Of a stretch of DNA of 64,000 nucleotides, positions 53,425 to 64,000 are shown piece after piece. The first letter of the stretch is position 1. The number at the start of each line of letters is the position of its first letter. Location: contig CM022668.1 of assembly GCA_012295275.1 (NCBI GenBank), positions 3,782,001 to 3,846,000 on the forward strand, given 5' to 3'. The position numbers and the translations under genes were made by a program. Source of the stretch: Chrysomallon squamiferum. Taxonomy: Eukaryota; Animalia; Mollusca. The notes under the pieces are model-generated. The model worked only from the letters and a program-made list of their open reading frames with translations. It was not told where the DNA came from and made no database searches.

Positions 53425-54890
53425 TATTATTATTATTATTATTATTATATGATATAATTTTTAACTTAAGGATTAAAGCAGTAAAGTAAAATGTTCACCA
53501 GTGATAACAGCTATTTATATAAACTGTATGTATATTAAACTATTATGTTGAAAAATAATAAATATGAAAATGAAATAAACTACAATGCAGACTAAAGTCT
53601 GTGTATATGCTTTAAATTAATAAATGACCATTAATGATTACTAACTAAAAGAATGACTAATTAACACAGAGATAATTTGGCTTTCCAATATGAAATACTT
53701 CAGTATCATAATTAACTCTGATGATGGGGAATCAAAATGTTAGAGAATAATAAATTTAAACTAAACATTTCCTTCTCCTTTTTCTTTCATATTGCTGATT
53801 ACATCAACATACAAAAAGGGTAAGTCGTCATTACTAATACATTCAAGAAAAATGTTTACAATACTTTATTAATAAAACATAAAAATAATTTTAAATACAA
53901 AATGAAAGTAAATTATACATATGTACACATACTCACAATTTTGATCATAAACATTAAAGTGGTGATAGCCATTTAAATTACAAATAGCTACATTGATTGC
54001 ATGTAGAGGTACTCTCATTTCTAATAAGGTAAAATGCAAAAAAAACACAAAAAAACAACAAAAAACAACATGGCAACACTTTAAAATTATTTCAAGATGT
54101 AGCTGTTTTTTCCATTATTTAAAGATTGTTTTAATACTGATGGAACTGATCTTTATAGGTTGTAGTTGTTCCAGACCAAGAGATATTTTAAAATGTAAGA
54201 TTATTTCAAAAAAATCGTTTTACTCTTGTGAAGGTTTTTTGTTGTTTTGTTCATTTGTTGTTATCCAGTAGATTAAATTCAACCATCTTGAGCTACTGTA
54301 GAGATATAAACATAATTTTAACTTGATTATTTTCTAATACAGTTTTAAGTTGTTGTTGTTGTAGCTGGACTGCTGTAGCTACATGGAGGTGGCTTGCTAA
54401 TGATGAAAACTGTGGAATATGTAGAATGGCTTTTGATGGTTGTTGTCCTGATTGCAAGCTGCCAGGAGATGACTGCCCACTAGGTGACTGAACAAAACCT
54501 GTTAACACAGCTTATATCATTAGTTAACATCACATCTGATTGTGCTAAACCTCTGATATAAATTGTATAGCCATATTGTGTTTTACATATTTAAAGATGA
54601 TTGTATTATTTGTTTCTGGACATACATCTGTTATGATAAAATGATTTTTATATTTAATATATTTAATAAATAAAAATAAATAAAAGAGCTCAACAACTTA
54701 TTTTATAATTAAATAATAAATAAACAAGGAAATAAAGTAAAAAAAATAAAAATAATTTTTTTTTATTTTTACAGTATGGGGTCAGTGTTCTCACTGTTTT
54801 CACATTCACTGCATTGTGAAATGGCTGAACTTACAACAAGTACAACAACTCTGTCCCATGTGTAGACAAGAATGGAAGTTCAAGGAATGA
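53042..54890 (+). CDS. ANAPC11: Anaphase-promoting complex subunit 11 (RING-H2), 84 aa
   Basis: Exons 53042-53060, 53819 (1 nt, inferred), 54365-54483, 54775-54890 = 255 nt. Protein [84 protein letters not shown], near-identical to known APC11. Confidence 0.97.
53819..53819 (+). CDS. ANAPC11: Putative single-nucleotide exon (G) of ANAPC11
   Basis: ctaaac branch-like motif (53761), pyrimidine tract 53769-53789, ~70-nt AG-free zone, then aag|G|gtaagt. Supplies the middle base of codon 7 (A|G|C = Ser) needed to join phase-1 exon 1 to phase-2 exon 3. Confidence 0.8.
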
Positions 54891-55606
54891 AATATATATA
54901 TTAGTGACGCACATCACACGACTCACTCCATATCTTGTTGTGTAAAAATACTACATATTTCAAACTAGTCATTGATACAAAAGACAGTGACTGAATTTTT
55001 TATAATGTGTACATCTGATGATTTTAGAAATATTTTACTGAGATCATCATTGAAAACAGTTAAATATTAATCTGATAATAATAATTTTCTTTCTGAACAA
55101 AAATGCAGATCATTTGACAGTTTACTGTGTATGATTTACAAAATTCAAAATAAATTTTTTTTTGATTGTATGCTGGTTTCATTTTTATCTGTAGTTTATG
55201 AAATATTTCACACTATATTTTTAGGTGTTTATTTCTCAGTAACTAGCAGGTCAAATTCAATTTACTTGAGCTTATATTTTAATTTTCAGAATAAATGAGT
55301 TAAGTGCATTTTCTTTAAGATAAATCATGTATCCTTTATCGGCACATCACAATATGCCTAAGAATTATTTTCTACAGCATGAAATGAAATTAATAAGCAT
55401 TCACAAAAATGTTATCTAACTTACTTTCTTGTTCAGGTGTAAATATGTTTAATTTTACATTATTTCAATGAATTTATTATTTTTATTAAATATTTTCATT
55501 TTACTTCTTGAAAAATTGTCCTCCATTAAGAACATATATTTTTATGATTTCAGTTATAGGACAAATGTGACAACACTTTTTCAATTATAAACACTAAATC
55601 ATAAAA

Positions 55607-55648
<42 letters not shown>

Positions 55649-56214
55649 GCAAATGATTTTTAAAAATTATATACTAAATCACTTGTTTTTTTAACACATT
55701 CTTTATATTTATCTGTATCCATCTTAACTGGTTTAACTGATTACTGTGTGGCAGTAAGGTCATATGAAAAATATTTTAATTTCACAAAACAAGACGTTTG
55801 TAAATACATTCCACTGTTTATTTACAATAATCAAGGTCATGTAACATGCAAATATATATTATTTTTACATTTAATTTCTCTTAGTAAATTTTATAACATC
55901 AGTGAATATATGAAGTCCTTATAAATAAATTGTTCACAGTTCACATACAAATTGTCGATGAAAAAAATATCTTGTTTTGTTAATTCACCTCAAAGTGAAA
56001 AAAAAACAAAAAAACAATTTATACATTAGCACTATAAATTTAGTTATTTCTTTTCATGATCAGTACAACATGTAGCAGGCTCTGTTTTCTGTTTTGGTGA
56101 CAGAAGTTAATATGTACAGGAGAAAGCTAGTCTACTAGTTATTGTTCAGAAGTTATACAGTCACATCACAAATGTTCCAAGCTCTTGGTTTCAACAAGAT
56201 CCATACTGAGTTCT

Positions 56215-58536
56215 TCATTCTTGGAGTATTATATTCATGAACGAACAAATTTCTCCAAGTTTTTGTAAGTTTTCATGTGAAACAACATTGGCTGCCTAAA
56301 ATTAAAATAAAATAGAAAAATTACTGAAAGGAAATTGATTATTTTAAAGAGGTTTTTTTTTTTTGGCATAGATACTAAATATATCAGTAGCAGTGTTGAA
56401 GAAACCTCCATAATATTACCACTTACTATTAGATTAAATGTGTATATTTTTATACATATATATATATATATATATATATTCTTATATGTTGCATTTCATG
56501 CACTTTTTAATTCAGAGTACTTTTTTGTAATGTTTGATATGAAGAAACAATTTACCTCTTCTGAAAGGTAACATTCTTGCAAAAGTTCATTCTTTGTCGC
56601 CTCAAGAATTTTCCGTCTTGGAAGCAAGGCTTCCTTTAACTGTTTGTTCTTGTCTACCATTTCTTTCAGAATTCTCTCAAGACTAGCTTTCTCTTTCTGC
56701 TTTACTGAATACAGGTGAGGCAGTACATCTTTTGATGGCTCTCCTGAAGGTCTCCTGAAATAAAACGTAATATATAAATATATTAAAATAGGTATATTTA
56801 TATATGTTCACAGCTAGGAATGTTGTAAAACTATAAAAGATTCAGACTGAAATGTTATAAGTAGTAATCCTGCTTAAGTTTCACATTCATAAGTCTAAAT
56901 TTAAAAAAAAAAGATATATATGAATAAATAAAATTACAGACTAAAAATAATGTTTTAAAAAAAATAACTTCAAAATTTATATGCAGTTTTAAAGATGTCT
57001 TGATTAAAGGGAAAATACATATTCATACGATCTTTAGTTTTATTTCATTTAGATTTTTTTTTTTATTATTATTATTCTTACCATGCTTCAACTGCATGAT
57101 CCAAATTCGATTCCTGAATAATTTTATCTAAATTGTTCATCAGTGAAATAATATTTTCTTCTTCGAACATTGATTTTATTTCTTCCTGAAATTAAAAAAA
57201 TAACAGTATTAGTTATTACTAAAATAAAATTTTAAAGTAATTAAAAACCATCTGCTGCTTCAGATTTACTTAATGCAATTTGATTTAAAAAATAAAAAAT
57301 AAACATTTAGGCAGTGGACTCATAATAAATATTTTAAAATTTAAACATATCAGTCACAATTCAGTGGTATTGTTAATTTCGATTCTTGTATAAAATATAA
57401 AATATAAAATAATTAAAAAGGTTAGTTCACACACATAAAACTTAAGTTTGTGACAAACATTACTGTTTTATCAGTAGGATGATTGTACAAGCAAACTAAA
57501 CACTGATTAAATTTTTGTTTTTCTTAAAATCAATACTAAGTTGAAATCAAGAGATTCATAAAATTTGTACTTTTACAAGTCCTAGATTATACAGTGAATT
57601 TAAAAAATTAAAAATTAATTATTTCTTTCAGTTAAGTTATATTTTTGTATTGTATAGATAAAAAAAAAAAAAAAAAACATACATCAATATTTGACTTCAG
57701 CTGCGTTTCCATTTGTTTATGAATTTGCTTCAGAATATCTGGACCACTTCTTGCTATTGGTAAAAGAATCTTTTCAAACCGGGAATAACTAAAAGGAAAA
57801 AAAGAATTGTATTAATCAAACTGTATTATGTTTCTACTATTCTCAAACCAACTGATCAATATTAATAATGTTAAAAATTAGTTTATTAGATATATATATA
57901 TGACTATTATGAGAAATACCAATAAATTTTGTTTACACTTTCTGACCAAAATGTGAATCATAATTCAGTTTCTCTCCAAGAGACTTTTGACTTAAGACGG
58001 GTAAGTTAAGTATTTGCCGAAATTTGCCTTTTCGCAATGATACCTCACTTGATAGTAAATAAATATGTGATGTTTTGGTTGTCACAAAATCATTTACAAA
58101 GATGAAAGAGTGGGCTACATAAAGTAGCATATGATGTTAATATTATTATAAGTAGTAAGTACATCCGTCATATTAAATGATATTTGAATACAGCTATCAC
58201 TGTTATACTGGCGCTACTTAAAGTTTTAATGAAATGTAATTATAATAACGGAATTTATGCTTGCTTTCAACCCCAAACAAGGTTTGTATAAGTAATACAA
58301 TTAATAACGATGTAGCGTATGTTGAAATTCAGTCGATTCAATGTTGCTCAACGTCTTGATATAAATAATTATTAAACTAGGCTATGATTGACATTAATAT
58401 TTTATAGAACCCAAACATTTTACCTAACTGCAGACAGACATTTTTTAATTGAAGTTTGAATTCCATATTTAAGTAATTGGATACGTCTTCCTCCTGTTGT
58501 GTGTGTTTCTGTTGACTTTCTTTCGCTAGCCTCCAT
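56215..58536 (-). CDS. PMF1: Polyamine-modulated factor 1 / Nnf1 (Mis12 kinetochore complex subunit), 200 aa
   Basis: Exons 58536-58424, 57788-57683, 57185-57082, 56754-56556, 56295-56215 (603 nt, phases match). RIQLLK...SYSRFEK...QLKSNIDEEIKSMFEEENIISLMNNLDKIIQE...AWRPSGEP matches the Nnf1-family pattern (human RVKLL...SYQRF...EEISDIKEEGNLEAVLNALDKIVEE...AWRPSGIP). Confidence 0.9.
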
Positions 58537-58541
58537 TTTGT

Positions 58542-58557
58542 TTTAAATCTTCCCGCC
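58542..58557 (-). promoter_or_regulatory. E2F/CDE site with adjacent CHR-like element upstream of PMF1 ATG
   Basis: Minus strand GGCGGGAAgaTTTAAA just upstream of the ATG, in a CpG-rich patch; fits a cell-cycle gene promoter. Confidence 0.45.
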
Positions 58558-59056
58558 TTTTTATTCGGGACTCGGTTTCGGACACAACCGTTTAGCGAAA
58601 TGTGCATTCCAATAATTTAATATAATATTATTGGTAATTTGCAATCATTTTGAAATAATTTTCCAAACAAATATAAGATAAATGATAGAGTAAAATTACA
58701 AAAATGATAGGAATTTCGTTGTTGTTTTTTGGGGGGATTTATTAAATAATCCTCGAATTAGTCTCGCGTTTTTATTTTTTTATTTTTTTTTAATGTGAAA
58801 AAAAGGAAGAAGGGAATAAAGATTATAATAATGATGACGATGATGATAACAAAAACAATAATAAGAATAATCAAATAAATTATAGAAAGATAGATATAGA
58901 CAGATGGTTTGATACTGCCGTCTCTGGCGTTGTCGTGATATGTGTGTGTGTGTGTGTGTGTGTTTATGTGTGTATATATATTCCTTTATATCTGTCAATT
59001 TCTTTATATTCTCAATAACGTTAAAATTTATTAAATAAATAAATAAAAATGTTTTA

Positions 59057-59141
59057 TGTTGATTATTAGGTGAAAAATGTCTTTTGTTGATTATTAGGTG
59101 AAAAATGTCTTTTGTTGATTATTAGGTGAAAAATGTCTTTT
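59057..59141. repeat. ~28-bp tandem repeat x3
   Basis: tgttgattattaggtgaaaaatgtcttt. Confidence 0.9.
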
Positions 59142-59151
59142 ATAATTGTTT

Positions 59152-59184
<33 letters not shown>

Positions 59185-59329
59185 TATTTTTTATTTTTAC
59201 AAACTGTACATTAAATGATAACACTGTTTCATTACGTGCATAGAATACACTTATGATCGTCATCATCTTTTTCTTTTTGCCCTAACAGAAGGTCAGAGCT
59301 AATTGATAATGGTGGCCCAGTGAAATAGC

Positions 59330-59379
59330 TTTGAACCGCGCTAAAGTGAAACCAGCGAACTTTTAGAACCGTTACGTCA
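59330..59379. promoter_or_regulatory. Second CpG-rich promoter-like patch with E2F, CHR-like and CRE-like motifs
   Basis: TTTGAA-CCGCGCTAAA (minus strand TTTAGCGCGG) and TTACGTCA in an otherwise CpG-poor region. Confidence 0.35.
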
Positions 59380-62300
59380 AAGAGTTATCGGTTGGTTAAT
59401 GGAACATGCTGTCATTAGAAATCACTGTACGATCAAGTATTTGCTATTGTTTTTCCTTTTCATTTCCAGCATAAATATGTAATAACCAGTAGACGTATCT
59501 ATTCCGAATAATAATAATAATAATAACTATACTATTTATTTATTTATTTATTGTCATGCAAAAAAAAAAAAAAATAAATAAAATAATGATAATGATAATA
59601 ATAATCCAAGCTTAACAATTATTTATTTATTTATTATTATTTTATCATTCTCTTTTTGTCTAATTTTGTTCGAAATTTTATGAAAGTATTTGATTAACTT
59701 GAACTAAATTTTTAAGCCATTTTTAGTTAATAAAGAATTTTGATAATTAATTTTTGGTAGATATTTTTATAAACAATAAAATCTTTAAATTATTTCATTT
59801 TTTTTTTTTTTTTCTATTTTTTCATTTTTTTTAATGAGAGAAAAATGAAAGAAATCAGATTTTTGCACCTAGTACACATCTTAGAACATGATTTAGGTGT
59901 GTGTGTGTGTATGTGTGTATATATATATATATATATATTAAAATCAATAATTTAAAGAAATAATTAGTTTATTTTTGGCATGATGGATCCTATTAAAGGC
60001 AATAAACAGCAGTCACACTCCACAATGGGAATGAAATTTTTTTTTATTATGAAGATCACAAGCTTCACTGACTACCATTCACATAATTAACCATTAGCAG
60101 CCAGAAAAAGTGAATGTGGAAGGAAAAACACTGTAGGTTAAGAGAAATTGGACAAACTGGTGTTCAGCTTCAAGATGCAGTCATTTCCGTGTCCAAGCAT
60201 TTTTCTTTCAGTGAAGACAAAAATGTCACAAGACATTCTCTCTGGAAGTGTGTGAAAGTCCATTGCATTTCCATTAGAATTTGTGCAAGAAAAACTCAAT
60301 AGTTAAAAATAAATAAATAAATAAATAAATAAAAAGTAAATAAGATAATTTGTAATTTAAATATTTTGTTGTTGTTGCTGGTTTTTTTCTTAACTGACCT
60401 TTGCAAGAACACAGGACAAATATTTGTATCGGAATGTTTTTTTTAAAATTATGCTGCTTCCTGAAGAGCATCAGTTATGTCTCAAATCATCAGCTAAAAA
60501 ATTCAAATATGGTGCACAAATTAAATGTACTCTTACATTTGTGATTTGTTGAGAATATAACAAATTATATAATATTTGTAGCATGTTATTTTTTTCTATT
60601 TACAGTTATGTAGGCTTTGCTACACATTTTGTCACCCATATCAAGATACTTTGTAATAAAAGATAATAAACACTGTTTGTATTGCTTATTTGAACTTCAA
60701 AGGCCATTAGTGCAATCATAGTGATGTTAACCTAGATTTAACTTAATTCCACAATTTTTTATTCATTATTTTTTTTTAAAAAGAAAATAATAATAATAAT
60801 AAAATAAAATGTCTTATTCAGTGCAGTCAATAATTTGTCTAAATTACAAATATCAATGTGATAATTAATACCAAAAATTAATGTCTGGCCTCCACTTGTG
60901 TTGTTAAATAATATTAGCAATTTGTCATAAAAGTAAATAAATACGAGTTCTGTAATTAAAAAAAAAAAAAAAAAAACAAACAAAAAAAAAAAAAAAAAAC
61001 GAAATTAAAAAGGAGAAAAAGGAGCCATTCTGTAATAAAATTTGATTTCTGTTTACTGATATGTAGTAATATATTAAAATATGCAAACAGATGGTATTTG
61101 ATATACTGGAGTGGAGTTTAAATCATCTGATGAACTTGGTTTCCATGATCAAACCTCCTCAGTGGACCTGACTACTGATGTAACACAACAATGTTAAGGT
61201 CTCTGAAACACAAACCCCTCAAAATTGTCACCCAGCAATTTAGAATTTATGTCATGTCACCGAAATGTAATCGGGTCCATCACTAAAGTTTCATTGTGTG
61301 AACCAAACAGAACAAGTGAGGTAACTCCTACCCCAGTGTATCAGAATTTCTCTATTTGCATATGCATAAAGCACACCTTAATATATTAATTCAGAATGGT
61401 CTACTTTGATTATAAAATGATAAGAAAATAACACATAAATTTGTTTTAAAACCATTTATTTTATAACAAGTTCACATAAAAATATAGTTTAAGTAGTTGA
61501 ATTTACAGAATTTATATTTAATAAAAACTCATTTCTGTAAAGGTATCAATGAAGGTATAACTATTTACATGGAAAATATTGCATCATAAATATATATATA
61601 AGTAAAACAGGTTCTGTCATGACAAACAGTTGGGTTGGTTTGTTGTTGTTTTTCTTTTATTGTATGTAATAGTGTATAAAATAATTTTCAATATTATTAT
61701 TATTATTATTAAGAAAGTTCCCTTAAAAGTTTTGGTTAAACTGTCAGCATCTAAAAAAAAATTCCTTTAAACAGTCCTTTGATGAATGTAAATACAATAA
61801 CACAAGGGTATGAAAACAACATGCAGTTAAATTGGAAAGTAATGAAATCACTGTTATTTTTGGTGATTACAATCAGTAGGATCATTTTTGTATCAGCGCA
61901 TTCCAGTTAGACTCTCAACAGATTATGTAAATGATATTAGAAATGAATTTTGAAAAAACATATTACACAAGGCCTCCAATAAACATTTCGAACACAGAAA
62001 TTATCTGAAATTGTTATTAATAATGAGGTCATCTGGAATTCATAATGATCTTCAACTATCTGCTACACAGACTTAACAGTCACAATCTGAAATATACAAT
62101 ATTTACAAGCATTAAAAGACAATTACATTTATTTATGTGTTATCATTCTTTAAAGAATATCTGGAAACTGAAAAACACAACAACCGTTGCTTCTTCAAGC
62201 AGTTTACAATGTCCAATATGTGTTCCAGAAAACCCCCCAAAACAAACCATAAAGAACATATCCAAAATCCCCCTTCAAAAAAACAACAACCAAAAAACCT

Positions 62301-62489
62301 AACGAAAACAAAACAACAACAAAATAATAGAAATAAAAATTTCTGCAAAAACAAATAAGAGTAAGAAACAAAATAAATTAAATGCATTTAAAAGAACTCA
62401 AATCAAATCAATAAATTAATAAATAAACCAAACTTTAAAATAGCCTAAATGGTTCTTCATTTGAGGTTATTGTATTCAGAAAAAAACTT

Positions 62490-63830
62490 ACCAGTGCTGT
62501 AAATTTAAACAGTTCCAAAATATAACTGATCATTTCTGGTCATTCTCATCCTAGCTTACTCAGTTTAACATAACAAAAACATCTTGCCATTTGCCATGTT
62601 CAAATTGTCTGTCTTTTCGTAATTTAAGTAAATTTTCCCACTTTCCAGCTTCCAATTCAAATGTGGTCTGCATTGGAAGTTGATATATAAAATACTCCTC
62701 AGGTACAGAGCAACCAAGTACTTCTCCCATGGTAAACCTATCTAAAGACTGGGTGGATATAATTTCATCAGTGATTTTATCCTTAACATTATCCTCTACT
62801 GCTACATTACTATACACTGTGACTGAGCTAAGTTTTTCTATATGTTTGGACATACTACATCACCTTCCCCAGGGTTGCCATAATAATTAAGCTCTACTGT
62901 TTCTTTACTACAGTATTTCTTGCCATCTTTCTGTTTAACATCATCAACTGCATCTGAGGTGCTACAATTACCCTTTTATCTTCATCACAGCAAACATTTA
63001 CTTTCTTTTCATTACTGTATCTATACACCAAATACGTTTTCCACTGGCCTTCCCTCAGAAGTACTTTTTCTCTTCTGATTTGTTGTTTACAATATTTTCA
63101 TTAACTGAGAATAAATTATCTGTCACACATTTATTTTTCCTTGTACAAGAAAACGGATTGGACAAAAATGACTTACCTTTAATGTTGTATATCATTTTAT
63201 CTCCTCATCTCTTGTTGCTTCATGGAAGCATGGAATTATTAAACACCTGAAGTGGTACCAAACTAAACACTTTTCACACTGAATCACTGCACTTTTTACT
63301 CATACCATGGCTTCTTGCAAACACAATTTTCTTCAGTGCTTCTGACCATCCTTTTGACATCAGACATACAGGTATCTTTCAACATGCTGCTAAAAACAAA
63401 GTGTTTGACATTTCCTCTGTTATGTGACCATATAATATGCAACCTTTTTCTATTTTTTTGGTTATTCTGTCAACCAAGACTTTCTGCAACCATTACCATA
63501 AGGACCACTTGGTTTAAGATTCCATTCATTTTCTGTTGTGCATTTACCTCTTAAATACTTACCTATAATATTGTAGTCATGACCAGAATTATTTTCATTT
63601 TTACTTACTTCATGGTAGCTACAAATGCCACAAACATTACCCTGATTTTCCATCCAAATTACATGAAGTTTCTTTCTATTATTCAGATTATTTGCATCTT
63701 CAAACTTATTGGATAATTTGAGGAAAAAATTTAATCTGTATTTATTTTATGTGGATCAAAATAATACTTTCCTTATTTCTTCCATAAAATATAATCTTAG
63801 CTTGTAAATAAACAGTATTTACTCCCAGGT
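62490..63830 (-). pseudogene. Decayed ORF remnant with broken PHD finger and CxxC motifs, probably transposon-derived
   Basis: 63328-63240 gives CVCKKPWYE*(frameshift)AVIQCEKCLVWYHFRCL (PHD C4-H-C pattern). Also VCGICS at ~63630 and a 97-aa coding-like ORF at 62853-62560. Many stops. Confidence 0.5.
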
Positions 63831-64000
63831 CAAGTTCCATCAGACTGAAAAACAAATTTATATTTTCATGTGAAATGTTTATTACTAGGAATGGAGAAAC
63901 TTTAAGAAAAACAGAAACAGTTGTTATACTGCTACACCCAGTAAAATGCACTAAAAAAAGATATAAATAAATGAATGGCACTGAAGAACATAAATGTTTT

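Noticed and set aside
54343-54364. Alternative in-frame ANAPC11 acceptor giving an ILSCCCC insert
   Set aside because: It would insert residues from a (TTG)n tract into a length-conserved N-terminal strand. The ctaat just upstream fits better as the branch point for the AG at 54363-54364. Kept only as a refuting alternative.
54293-54508. 71-aa minus-strand ORF
   Set aside because: Antisense shadow of the ANAPC11 exon.
58377-58607. 76-aa minus-strand ORF over PMF1 exon 1
   Set aside because: Wrong frame; the frame starting at ATG 58536 splices correctly and matches Nnf1.

Overview
Very AT-rich, microsatellite-laden animal genomic DNA (invertebrate; mollusc/lophotrochozoan-like is an inference from composition and protein style). 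About 52 kb of the minus strand holds the 5' two-thirds of a class IX unconventional myosin gene: RA domain, motor with the class-IX loop-2 insert, 4 IQ motifs, tail and a C1 zinc finger. It runs off the left edge before the expected RhoGAP domain. I traced 34 core coding exons with matching phases and 4 extra frame-preserving candidate cassette exons. Head-to-head with it is a compact ANAPC11 (APC/C RING-H2) gene, followed convergently by a 5-exon PMF1/NNF1 (Mis12 complex) gene. The last ~2 kb is a decayed PHD-finger-containing ORF remnant. Most striking finding: the ANAPC11 exons are one base out of phase unless a single-nucleotide exon (G at 53819, context aag|G|gtaagt) is included, which gives an exact 84-aa APC11. 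Second theme: several tandem repeats in the myosin gene are anchored on and multiply splice sites (about 20 copies of one acceptor; a 27-bp in-frame donor array). Also present: Tigger/pogo-type transposon relics, a double hairpin beside a donor site, and a uORF-dense myosin leader. All coordinates were read by eye.
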